Source: Clostridia bacterium | Lineage (GTDB): Bacteria > Bacillota > Clostridia > Oscillospirales > CAG-272 | DNA: 62,180 bases | Reading direction: 5' to 3' | Assembly (NCBI GenBank): GCA_017481225.1 | Contig: JAFUPM010000058.1 | Location: 1-62,180 of the forward strand | Shown here: piece after piece, positions 38,878-47,915 of the stretch | Layout: each line of letters opens with the position of its first letter | How positions within the stretch are numbered: position 1 is the first letter of the stretch | The notes under the pieces: model-generated | The model's database searches: none | What the model was told of the DNA's origin: nothing | Seen by the model: only the letters and a program-made list of their open reading frames with translations | Position numbers and translations under genes: made by a program

Positions 38878-40326
38878 ATGGCAGACATAAAATTCTACTC
38901 AAGACCCGCTGTGCCTCTTGAGATGCACAAGGTCAAAATCGTACAGAAGCTTACCCTTCTTCCCTCTGAAGAGAGGCTTAAGAGAATGGAGAATGCAGGC
39001 TTCAACACCTTCCTTCTCCACAACGGCGACATATTTATGGATATGCTTACCGATTCTGGCGTTAACGCTATGAGTGACAATATGCAGTCGGCTATGCTGA
39101 GAGCCGACGATGCTTACGCAGGAAGTGAGACCTTCTACCGTATGAATGATAAGCTCACCGAGCTTTTCGGCATTAAGCATCTTCTCCCCGCCCACCAGGG
39201 CAGAGCCTGCGAGCATATTATTGCCCAACACTTCGTCAAGCCCGGCAACTGCGTAATAATGAACTATCACTTCACCACCTCCAAGGCTCACGTAACAAGG
39301 CTTGGCGGTCACGTTGAGGAGCTGGTAAAGGACGAGGGCTTGGTAACCAAAAGCACTCTCCCCTTCAAGGGCAACATCGACCTTGACAAGGTGCGCGCCT
39401 GCATCGCTAAGGAGGGCGCGGACAACATAGCTTATATGCGACTTGAGGCAGGCACCAACCTTATCGGCGGTCAGCCTATTTCCTATGAGAATATGAAGGC
39501 GGCAACCGATATTGCAAGAGAGCACGGAATTCTCACCGTCCTCGACGCCTCCCTTCTGCAGGACAACCTCTACTTCATCAAGCTCCGCGAGGAGTCTATG
39601 AAGGACAAGTCCATAAGAGAGATAACCCGAATGATAGCCGACCTCTTTGATATCATTTACTTCTCCGCCCGTAAGTTCGGCTTCGGACGCGGCGGCGGAA
39701 TTCTCGTGCGCGAGGAGGCTATGTTCCACGAGCTTGAGGATTACATAACTATGTTCGAGGGCTTCCTCACCTACGGCGGTATGTCGGTTAAGGAAATGGA
39801 GGCTATGATAGTCGGCTTCGAGGAGACTATGGATATGGACATTATCTCCCAGGGTCCTATCTTTATCGACCACTGCGTCAGAGCGCTCGACTCTCTCGGC
39901 GTGCCTATGGTTACCCCGGGCGGCGGTCTCGGCGCTCATATAAATGCCCGTGAGTTCGTCTCTCACATTCCCTCCGAGGAATATCCTGCAGGCTCTCTCG
40001 TTGCCGCACTCTACCTTTGCGGCGGTATTCGCGGTATGGAGCGCGGAACTCTCTCCGAGGAGAGAAACCCCGACGGAAGCGAGCATATCGCATCTGTCGA
40101 AATGGTACGTCTCGCCTTCCCAAGAAGAGTATTCACCCTCTCCCAGACAGAGTACGTAATAGACAGAGTTAAGTGGCTCTATGACCACAGGCACCTTATA
40201 GGCGGTCTCCGCTTCGTCCACGAGCCCAAGACTCTCCGCTTCTTCACAGGTAAGCTCGAGCCCGTCTCCGATTGGCCCAGAAAGCTCATTGATGCATACA
40301 TCGCCGACTTCGGTGAGGAATGTTAA
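38878..40326 (+). CDS. Beta-eliminating lyase family enzyme (tryptophanase / tyrosine phenol-lyase type, PLP)
   Basis: The ORF is 482 aa. FNTFLLHNGDIFMDMLTDSGVNAMSD, DAYAGSETFY and LPAHQGRACEHI match the TnaA/TPL family. SARKFGFGRGGG lies at the PLP-lysine region. Substrate (Trp versus Tyr) is not decidable by eye. Confidence 0.8.
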   Translation: MADIKFYSRPAVPLEMHKVKIVQKLTLLPSEERLKRMENAGFNTFLLHNGDIFMDMLTDSGVNAMSDNMQSAMLRADDAYAGSETFYRMNDKLTELFGIKHLLPAHQGRACEHIIAQHFVKPGNCVIMNYHFTTSKAHVTRLGGHVEELVKDEGLVTKSTLPFKGNIDLDKVRACIAKEGADNIAYMRLEAGTNLIGGQPISYENMKAATDIAREHGILTVLDASLLQDNLYFIKLREESMKDKSIREITRMIADLFDIIYFSARKFGFGRGGGILVREEAMFHELEDYITMFEGFLTYGGMSVKEMEAMIVGFEETMDMDIISQGPIFIDHCVRALDSLGVPMVTPGGGLGAHINAREFVSHIPSEEYPAGSLVAALYLCGGIRGMERGTLSEERNPDGSEHIASVEMVRLAFPRRVFTLSQTEYVIDRVKWLYDHRHLIGGLRFVHEPKTLRFFTGKLEPVSDWPRKLIDAYIADFGEEC

Positions 40327-40449
40327 ATTCCTGTGTTTTGTAAACTTTTCTAGTCATAATACGATTTTTAACTTCAAGCAGAGCCGCGCAAGTCGGCTCT
40401 GCTTGTCACACTACTTAGAGCAAAGCAGTCACCAAAAAGGAGAAGCAAA

Positions 40450-41544
40450 ATGCTCGGAAATTTTCCATTTTCTTCAAACTCTTCGGCAGCAAGCCCGAAC
40501 CAGCACTACTTCGAGTCGGACGGCGAGCGCGTTTTCACCTCTCGGGCATACTTCAGAATTGACGAGGGCGGTGAGTTCAACTATTCCCTGCTTTTCTCGG
40601 GCGTTCACGATAGCTCATACCGTAAAATCAGTATGGCGAACCAGCGCTGCGACGATTGGGAGATATATTCCGCAAAGGTGGCAAGGTGTCCGTCCTTCCC
40701 CTGCGACCTATCGCCGGAGGCTGTGGACCCCGAAAAGCACCTCCTTCATTCCGACTTTATCCCACTTACCTTTGGCGGCGCGAAAGGCACCCACGCGACA
40801 CCGGGCTTTTTCTCAACCGACCCCGTAAAGCTCTCCTTCGAGCGAGGCGAATTTTTATGCCTTGAGCTTACCTATAGCGGAACAAAAATCCCCTGCGCGC
40901 CCGAAATACTAATTCCGATATATACAAAAGAGGGTGGCAAATGGACCTACACCGTTAATATGCCCCTGCCTTGTATGATAGGCTGCGACAGAGCTGTAAA
41001 GGGCAAAATCGCCTTTATAGGCGACTCCATAACCCAAGGTGTTGAAACCACGCCTAACGGCTATAAGCATTGGACAGCCCTTATAGCAGATAAGCTCTAC
41101 GGGCGTTACAGTCTGTGGAATTTAGGCATCGGCTTCGGCAAGGCTTCCGATGCGGCAACCGACAGCATTTGGCTCGCCAAGGCGAAAAGCTGCGACACGG
41201 TTTTCGTCTGCTTCGGTGTCAACGACGTCAACGGTGACTATACGCAAGAGAGCATCGAGGCAAGCCTCAGAAATATAGTCAGAGCGCTGAAGGAGTCAGG
41301 CTGCCGCGTAATACTCCAAACCGTTCCGCCTTACAATCACACGGGGAAAAGACTTGCGGTATGGAACGGAGTCAACGCATATATAAAAGGAGAGCTATCG
41401 CACAAATGCGACCGCATATTCGACGTTTGTACAGTTCTATCGGGAGACAGACCCGAGGAGACGAAATTTGGCGGTCACCCAAGCGACGAGGGCTGCGCTC
41501 TATGGGCAGATGCGCTCTACCGTCACGTGGAGGATATGTTCTGA
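40450..41544 (+). CDS. SGNH/GDSL hydrolase with an unassigned ~180-aa N-terminal domain
   Basis: The ORF is 364 aa. It has block I (IAFIGDSITQG), block III (FGVNDV) and block V (GGHPSDEG). Confidence 0.7.
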   Translation: MLGNFPFSSNSSAASPNQHYFESDGERVFTSRAYFRIDEGGEFNYSLLFSGVHDSSYRKISMANQRCDDWEIYSAKVARCPSFPCDLSPEAVDPEKHLLHSDFIPLTFGGAKGTHATPGFFSTDPVKLSFERGEFLCLELTYSGTKIPCAPEILIPIYTKEGGKWTYTVNMPLPCMIGCDRAVKGKIAFIGDSITQGVETTPNGYKHWTALIADKLYGRYSLWNLGIGFGKASDAATDSIWLAKAKSCDTVFVCFGVNDVNGDYTQESIEASLRNIVRALKESGCRVILQTVPPYNHTGKRLAVWNGVNAYIKGELSHKCDRIFDVCTVLSGDRPEETKFGGHPSDEGCALWADALYRHVEDMF

Positions 41545-41712
41545 TTAACAGCAGCTTCGGCAGCGCGCAGAGAATTTGTTCTGATTAATAGCAGCTTCGG
41601 CAGCGCGCAGAGAATTTGTTCTGATTAATAGCAGCTTCGGCAGCGCGCAGAGAATTTGTTCTGATTAATAGCAGCTTCGGCAGCGCGCAGAGAATTTGTT
41701 CTGCTATAACAG
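41538..41712. repeat. Tandem 40-bp repeat (4 copies + partial) seeded on the stop codon of the SGNH gene
   Basis: CTGATTAA(C/T)AGCAGCTTCGGCAGCGCGCAGAGAATTTGTT starts at 41541, 41581, 41621 and 41661, with a degenerate fifth unit at 41701. Copies 2-4 are identical. The first unit contains the TGA at 41542..41544. Confidence 0.95.
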
Positions 41713-41915
41713 AAATTCTTTGATATCACGTTGATGATTGTTTAAAAAATAGCATTTCTCCGCTTTTTTGACAACTCTATTTTACATTTCAGCTCATTTT
41801 ACTAACTATATGGCGGCAGTAAAAACTGCCGCCACATCTTTTTCTTCTACTATAAAACCGTATTACAACTATTGAAATTCGTATCACAAAGCCGCATTTT
41901 GACGAGCTTTCTGTC

Positions 41916-43238
41916 CTAGTCGGCGTCAGGTCGCATGGGCGTTCTCCTCAAATCACCCGTCGCGGGGTTGTCGAGCAGCTTCCCACTATCCGAAAAACGG
42001 GAGCCGTGGCAGGGGCAATCCCAGGAATGCTCCTCCTTATTGTATTTCAGAGCGCATCCAAGGTGCGGACATCTCGGCACCGTGGGAGTAATAAGACCCA
42101 CAGCCGTCTCAAGGGCATTCGTGAGAAGCTGCCTATGAAGAATACTTCTCTCGGGAGAGAAAAGCTCGGAATAGGGCGACGCGATACCGCGAAGCTCGTC
42201 GCAGAGCAGCATTGCACCTGCCATAGCCGAGGTCATTCCCCATTTATTAAAGCCCGTTGTGACGTAGAGGTTGGGCGTCGATTTTGAATACCTTCCAACG
42301 TAAGGGATACCGTCAAGGCTCATACAGTCCTGGGTAGCCCACCTTCCGACCACTCGGGCAGACGGATAATATTCCTTTGCGAAGGCTTCAAGCTCGTGCC
42401 AGCCGCCACCCCTCTTTCCCGTTCTGTGGCTGCCACCGCCAAGGAGCAAAAGCTCGCCGAAGCTGCGGAAGGAAAGCCCTCTGTCGCACTCGTCAATATA
42501 CGTTCCCTCAAGCGGCTGAGCCCCATCTAAAGCTATGACGTACGAGCGATGCTGATAAAGCTTCAAAAAATACCCACCGTGTTTATTTAAGAAGGGATAG
42601 TGAGTTGCCACAACGGTTTTCTCGGCTGTAATTTTACCGCTGTCGGTTATAGCTCCCTCGGGTGTCAGCTCCTTAATCTTGGTGTTTTCATATATGGGCA
42701 AGCCTCTCGCTATTGTGCCGAGAAACCTGAGAGGCTCAAGCTGTCCCTGAGACGGCACGCGCACAGCTCCAACGGAGCTTATGGGCAACGGTACACTCTC
42801 AACAAGCTCCCCTTCGCCCCCTATGCGACATATTGCCTCCCACTCAGCCACAAGGGCGTCGCGGTCCGAGGTCGAATACACGTAGGAGTCTCTCTCCTCG
42901 TATCCGCATTTTATCCCTCGGCACAGCTCTCTGTACTCCTCTATGGCGCGGCTCTGGGCGTCAAGATATTTTTTCGCCGCGCTCTGCCCGTATCGCTTTG
43001 TAATCTTGTCATATATCAGCCCGTGCTGCAGGGTGACCTTTGCGGTTGTCCTGCCCGTTACGCCGCTGCATATCCGCCCCGCCTCTGCCAAAACGCAATC
43101 CACCCCTGCGCGCTTCAGCATATACGCGCACAGTATACCCGCGATACCTCCGCCGATAATCAAAACGTCCGTTTTTACGTCACCTTGCAGCTGCCCGAAG
43201 CGCGGCAGGCTGTCTCTGTCCCAAATTGGCTTTTCCAT
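41916..43238 (-). CDS. FAD-dependent oxidoreductase fused to a C-terminal Rieske [2Fe-2S] domain (YhfW-like)
   Basis: I prefer ATG 43238 (MEKPIWD), which follows GGGAGGA. It has the dinucleotide fold VLIIGGGIAGILCAYML and the Rieske motifs CPHLGC...CPCHGSRF. Confidence 0.8.
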   Translation of the reverse strand: MEKPIWDRDSLPRFGQLQGDVKTDVLIIGGGIAGILCAYMLKRAGVDCVLAEAGRICSGVTGRTTAKVTLQHGLIYDKITKRYGQSAAKKYLDAQSRAIEEYRELCRGIKCGYEERDSYVYSTSDRDALVAEWEAICRIGGEGELVESVPLPISSVGAVRVPSQGQLEPLRFLGTIARGLPIYENTKIKELTPEGAITDSGKITAEKTVVATHYPFLNKHGGYFLKLYQHRSYVIALDGAQPLEGTYIDECDRGLSFRSFGELLLLGGGSHRTGKRGGGWHELEAFAKEYYPSARVVGRWATQDCMSLDGIPYVGRYSKSTPNLYVTTGFNKWGMTSAMAGAMLLCDELRGIASPYSELFSPERSILHRQLLTNALETAVGLITPTVPRCPHLGCALKYNKEEHSWDCPCHGSRFSDSGKLLDNPATGDLRRTPMRPDAD

Positions 43239-43455
43239 TTTTCCTCCCTTCGCCCGCATATCCTCGGGCTTCCTACTTATTATTGCCGATTTTGCAGAAA
43301 CAATCACGGAGAATAAAATGTCGATAAATTTAATAATTTTTCACTTGACTGTCGGAGTGCTGAGTGATATAATTATACTAGACTCGGGACGTGAGCAGGG
43401 GAGCTTTCCCACCGCCCGACCTTGAGATAAATCACTTTCAGACAAGGAGAAAACC

Positions 43456-43824
43456 ATGAAAAAGACAACAAGAATTATTGCAGCTCTTATGCTTGTAGTT
43501 ATGCTCTGCGCATCCTTAGCATCCTGCTCCAGGCTTTCCGGCAAGTACAGCGCCGAGTATGCAGGCACAGGCGTTACCCTTGCATTTGACGGCGAGGACG
43601 TTAAGATGTCCTTCACCATTGCAGGTACCGAAATAGCCGCTCTCGATGCAACCTACGAAATCGAGGACGACAAGATTACCTTCGATATCGCAAATGAGGA
43701 AGAGGTTGACAACTACGTTGTAAAGAGCATCATCGAAGCACTTGAGTCCCCCTCCGACTTCGTTAAGGAAAAGGACTACATCAAAATCGGTAACACAACC
43801 TACAACAAGGTTGAAGAGAAATAA
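43456..43824 (+). CDS. Small lipoprotein, function unknown
   Basis: The ORF is 122 aa with a signal peptide and lipobox (LCASLASC) and a GGAGAAAA RBS. Confidence 0.65.
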   Translation: MKKTTRIIAALMLVVMLCASLASCSRLSGKYSAEYAGTGVTLAFDGEDVKMSFTIAGTEIAALDATYEIEDDKITFDIANEEEVDNYVVKSIIEALESPSDFVKEKDYIKIGNTTYNKVEEK

Positions 43825-43973
43825 TTTTTCCACCACCGCCCCGAGCTAAAACGGGGCGGTCTTTTTTGTTTGGATTACCGATTTATAGTCAACTATTCTA
43901 TTGCATTTTTACTTTTTCCGTGATATAATTAAGTAGTCAGAACATCACGCGCCAAGCGTAGAAAGGATTTGAA

Positions 43974-44861
43974 ATGAAAAAAATCGGTATTAGCTGTAAA
44001 TCTCTCGTTGACAGATACGGCGTATCGCGCGCCTTTGAAATAGTAAAGAAAAGCGGCTTCGATTCAGTAGACTACAGCCTTGAGCGCTACAAGCCCGAGG
44101 ACAATATTTACGGAGGAAGCGACGATGCCTTCGAGTCTCACTTCTATGAGATAAAAAAGAAGGCGGAGGAATGGGAGCTTGAAATATCGCAGACCCACGG
44201 CAGATGCGCCACCTACTTCCCGAATGACGAGGAAAGAACGGTATGGATTGACAAAGTAAACGCCCTTGACCTTCGCGCGACGGCGGCACTTGGCGCCCCC
44301 TCTTGCGTTACGCACTTTCTTAACTGCACCCGCTTTGGCAAGCAGCCCCCCGAGCTTCTCCACGGGCTCGCAGCCTCGATGTACGACAAAATGGTTCCCT
44401 ACGCCGAAAGGTATGGAGTTAACATTGCTATGGAGACCTTCGGCGCTGCCAGAGTCAGCGGAGACAGAATTCGCGACTTTTTCGCCGACCCCAAGGAGTT
44501 CAAGTATCAGTTCGACAGACTGAATACCGAAAACAAAACCATTTGCGTTGACACGGGTCACACTCACGAGGCGGAGTCCTTCTGGGTACCGCCGCCCGAG
44601 GAGATGATACGTATTCTCGGCAAGGATATCTCCATTCTCCACCTCCACGATAACAGCGGTCACTGGGACGACCACCTCTTGCCCGGTATGGGCAACATAA
44701 AGTGGCCCTCCGTCTTTGATGCCTTAGACGAGGTGGGCTACTCGGGTGTCTACAACTTCGAGCTTTCAATAGCCTTTGCAGGGCAGCTGCTTGACGAATA
44801 CATAGCCTTCGCGGGCAGATACCTGCGCGAGTTCGTAGACCGCCGCGGCTCTCTTAAGTGA
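43974..44861 (+). CDS. Sugar phosphate isomerase/epimerase (xylose isomerase-like TIM barrel)
   Basis: The ORF is 295 aa. MET, DTGH and LHLHDN metal-ligand-type motifs are spaced as in the AP_endonuc_2 family. Confidence 0.7.
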   Translation: MKKIGISCKSLVDRYGVSRAFEIVKKSGFDSVDYSLERYKPEDNIYGGSDDAFESHFYEIKKKAEEWELEISQTHGRCATYFPNDEERTVWIDKVNALDLRATAALGAPSCVTHFLNCTRFGKQPPELLHGLAASMYDKMVPYAERYGVNIAMETFGAARVSGDRIRDFFADPKEFKYQFDRLNTENKTICVDTGHTHEAESFWVPPPEEMIRILGKDISILHLHDNSGHWDDHLLPGMGNIKWPSVFDALDEVGYSGVYNFELSIAFAGQLLDEYIAFAGRYLREFVDRRGSLK

Positions 44862-45034
44862 TTGCGCATCTTGCACATCAGTGGATTTTCCCGAACATAA
44901 GTCCTAATAAAGCCTACTTCAATCTCACATATCCTACGGCGCAAATACCGTCAGCAGGTGACTAAATAGGTGGTTTTTGTAAATTATTCTTTGCAAAATC
45001 AACTTATTTTGATTTGTTCACCGTCTCATATAAC

Positions 45035-45595
45035 AAAAATGCTCACGAAATTAGCGTGTTATCCTTAACGGAGAACACGCATCGAGATAAATCCCTTGCG
45101 GGATTTTCGATATGGTTTGCATACCTCGCCAAAGGCGAGATATACAAACTCGATATGTGCTGACGCACTCGATATGTTTGCTTTGCAAACGAGGGATTTA
45201 TCTCATATCGAATTGACGCGGAGCGACAATATATCGAGCTTGAGCGCAGTGAAAGCATATCGAGTTCATCTTTCGTGAATATATTTCACGAAAGTGAATA
45301 TATCAACAGAATAAAAAACAAGAGCAAGAATAGAAGGAAGTTTATCCTTTTACTCTTGCTCTGTTCGTTTTTATAGATGAATTGATGCTAATGCATCATG
45401 AATTGGCTTCGCCATGATTTCTCGTCGGCGTGCCGCCTCCTCCATGAATTGAATTGCAACAAATGTGCCGATAGGCACAATTCATGCCGCAGGCAATTCA
45501 TGAAAGCATAGCTTTCAATTCACGCGGGCCGCGAGGTTGCAATTCATTGCGTGTTCTCCGTTAAGGATAACACGCATCCGCGTGAGCATTTTTTA
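45035..45595. repeat. Non-coding element bounded by ~47-bp inverted repeats, filled with direct/inverted 8-mer word arrays
   Basis: The left IR is AAAAATGCTCACG (45035..45047) plus GCGTGTTATCCTTAACGGAGAACACGC (45054..45080). The right IR is its reverse complement, at 45549..45575 plus CGTGAGCATTTTT (45581..45593). Interior left half: CTCGATATG x3, then ATATCGAG x3. Interior right half: ATGAATTG x3, then CAATTCAT x3-4. Short GC hairpins separate the words, and no ORF is present. Confidence 0.8.
45321..45373. terminator. Bidirectional terminator at the centre of the IR-bounded element
   Basis: The stem pairs AGAGCAAGA (45321..45329) with TCTTGCTCT (45354..45362). It is flanked by an A-run on the left and GTTCGTTTTTAT on the right. 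Confidence 0.55.
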
Positions 45596-46201
45596 TATTC
45601 CAAGTATGGAGCTTGCCTCGAGAAGATGCGCGCGGTCCTCTTCGGACGTGAGGGCTGAAAGCTTGAATTTCAGATTGTTTTCCACAAGCTCGGAGAAGGT
45701 CACAGGCTTATATCCGTTCACGTCCACGCCTGCGTTAAGGGCGCAGGGGTGAGTATATAATGGGTCATATTCCGAGGATATGCGGTTGTGAATATGACCG
45801 TGTACGTGGTAGCCCACCTTCTTGCCCAGAGGTTCTCGGCTTGCCTTCCACTCCAGCATCGGATAGTGGCACATCGTCACAGAGTGACCATGGTGGCTTA
45901 TTTCGAGATACTGAAGAATACTCTCAAAGTGGCAGAGGCTTTCCTCTCGCTTTGCCCAGGTTGAATCGTGATTTCCTCTTATAAGAATTTTCTTACCAAG
46001 GAGGCGCTCAAGATAATAATCCACGCGTTTTTTATCCCAAAGAAGGTCCCCAAGGATATAAACCGTATCGTTCCTTTTGACTCTTCGGTTCCAATTTTCA
46101 ATCAATGCTTCGTCCATTTCCTCCACACTCTCAAAGGGTCTTTGGCACAGCTCAATTATTCTCTCGTGCCCGAGGTGCAAATCAGAGGTAAAATATATCA
46201 A
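45593..46201 (-). CDS. Metallophosphoesterase (calcineurin-like)
   Basis: The ORF is 202 aa with the motifs MIYFTSDLHLGH, ILGDL, GNHD and HGH. Confidence 0.75.
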   Translation of the reverse strand: MIYFTSDLHLGHERIIELCQRPFESVEEMDEALIENWNRRVKRNDTVYILGDLLWDKKRVDYYLERLLGKKILIRGNHDSTWAKREESLCHFESILQYLEISHHGHSVTMCHYPMLEWKASREPLGKKVGYHVHGHIHNRISSEYDPLYTHPCALNAGVDVNGYKPVTFSELVENNLKFKLSALTSEEDRAHLLEASSILGI

Positions 46202-46376
46202 AACGCTCTCCTTTCTTTGGTTTCTTAATTATTTTTTGTAATTACTGTTTTCGTTAATAAAGCGTATTTTTCAATCAAAAAATTAAAGAATTCGAGTGCT
46301 AAAAATTATGTTTTTTAAGCTATCGAATTTGTTCGTTTTTATTAAATTTCGCGACACGGGTAGCGTCCGTAGCCTT

Positions 46377-47003
46377 TCACCCTTTACTGTGAGACAGAAG
46401 CCAACGGAACACCTCTCGGTCCTTGTAGGTGTTAAGCCACGAGGAGTGGTTCACACCGGGGAACACGGTGAGCTTTGCCTGCCCTCCCGCTTTGTTTACG
46501 GCTTTTACCATATTCTCGCTCTCCGAGGGTAAAACCGTAGTATCGAGCTCGCCGTGAAACGCCCAGACGGGAACCTCCTTCAGCCTCTCGGCATTCCAAT
46601 ACATTCCTCCGCCGCAAATCGGCAGGATAGCGGCAAAGACCTCGGGCATAGACATAGCTATCTGCCAGGTGGCGTATCCGCCCATACTCTGTCCTACCGC
46701 ATACACGCGGCGGCTGTCGCAAAAGGCCAGCTCCGTCACGTGACGGACAAGGCGGCAAAGGGTCTCAAAGCAATCGAGCCAGCTGTCAGCCTCGCACAGA
46801 GGAGCGACGGTAACGAACTCGAAGTCCGTATATCGCTCGGTTATCATAAAGTAGTGGTTTTCCCGAAGCTTATCAATATTACTTCCTCTCGTTCCCGCAC
46901 CGTGAAGCATTATTATCAAGGGGTATTTTCTATCGGAAAAAAATCCGTTCGGATACCGCACAAGGTATCTTAGTCCCTCAAAGCTTTTTTCTTCAAAAAA
47001 CAT
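46377..47003 (-). CDS. Alpha/beta-hydrolase (carboxylesterase/peptidase S9-like)
   Basis: The ORF is 208 aa with LIIMLHGAG, the nucleophile elbow GQSMGG, and FHGELD...H. Confidence 0.7.
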   Translation of the reverse strand: MFFEEKSFEGLRYLVRYPNGFFSDRKYPLIIMLHGAGTRGSNIDKLRENHYFMITERYTDFEFVTVAPLCEADSWLDCFETLCRLVRHVTELAFCDSRRVYAVGQSMGGYATWQIAMSMPEVFAAILPICGGGMYWNAERLKEVPVWAFHGELDTTVLPSESENMVKAVNKAGGQAKLTVFPGVNHSSWLNTYKDREVFRWLLSHSKG

Positions 47004-47006
47004 ATC

Positions 47007-47795
47007 CTAGTCCTCAATTACTATGCAATTTACAAAGCCCGAGCAAGCGGTGCAGGCATCTATGGCAATAATTCCCTCGCCGTAGTAAGGAGTGAAAACC
47101 GCCCACTCGCCAAACTCCGAGCCAACTCCGTCAAGCACCGAATGACCGTAGGACGCGTGAAAATGACCGCATACGACGGTTTTGCCGGGCTCTACTACAC
47201 CGTGCTTGCAGGCAAGCTCCATACCGTTCAGCCATTTTGCACCTCGCCAGGCTATGCTGTCGGCATCTCTCCAATCGGGGTTATAGCTGTAGCTTGCCCG
47301 TGGCGGATAGCCTTCTATAACCGAGGGTATCCAGCCGTGGACGAAAACGTAGCCTTCCGTCTCAAAGTAATTAACCGCAGAGGGCAAAAGCGAAGTGTAA
47401 TAAGGAGAGCGCATCACCCGTCGTACAAGCTCCTCGGGGCAGGCGTAAGCCCCGGCACAGTCCATACCGCTAAGCTGCAAGAGCGTATCCCAGGTTCCGT
47501 TTCTTTCGTGGACGGACATACCCGAGGCAATCTCGTGAACGCCGCCTCTTGCAATCTCGTACAGGCATCTCACAAGCAGCTCCTCGTGGTTTCCGTTAAT
47601 GTAAATAAGCCTTCCCGCCTCGTGTAGCTTCAGGCAAAAATCAACGAGCAATGAAGCCTCCCCTCCTCTGTCAAGAAGGTCACCGCACACAATAAGCCGA
47701 GAGGACTCCCCCTCGTCAAAAAAGCCTGCCCCCCGAAGCGACTCCATAATCTCCGTATAGTAGCCGTGTGTGTCAGCTACAACGTAATATTTCAT
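47007..47795 (-). CDS. Metallophosphoesterase of the Ser/Thr-phosphatase (lambda PPase/PrpE-like) type
   Basis: The ORF is 262 aa with the motifs VVADTHGYY, CGDLLDRG, NGNHE and CGHFH. Confidence 0.75.
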   Translation of the reverse strand: MKYYVVADTHGYYTEIMESLRGAGFFDEGESSRLIVCGDLLDRGGEASLLVDFCLKLHEAGRLIYINGNHEELLVRCLYEIARGGVHEIASGMSVHERNGTWDTLLQLSGMDCAGAYACPEELVRRVMRSPYYTSLLPSAVNYFETEGYVFVHGWIPSVIEGYPPRASYSYNPDWRDADSIAWRGAKWLNGMELACKHGVVEPGKTVVCGHFHASYGHSVLDGVGSEFGEWAVFTPYYGEGIIAIDACTACSGFVNCIVIED

Positions 47796-47878
47796 AAGAT
47801 ACCGCCTCCCTTCGCAAGCGTTAAACCGTACATTTTCAGAATATTTGACAACTATAATTTACATTTTTTGGGAAAATA

Positions 47879-47915
47879 AAGTCGGAGACGGCAAATGCTG
47901 CTCCGACTTTTTTAT
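47879..47915. terminator. Hairpin terminator directly after the 1153-aa AAA+ protease gene
   Basis: The stem pairs AAGTCGGAG (47879..47887) with CTCCGACTT (47901..47909). T-runs lie on both sides, and the site abuts the stop codon at 47916..47918. Confidence 0.65.

Noticed and set aside
45035-45595. Classification of the IR-bounded element as a MITE or IS remnant
   Set aside because: It has terminal inverted repeats but no transposase remnant. I see no direct target-site duplication at the borders (...CATATAAC | ... | ATATTCC...). Only one copy is visible, so mobility cannot be claimed from this window. It is kept as an unexplained repeat element instead.
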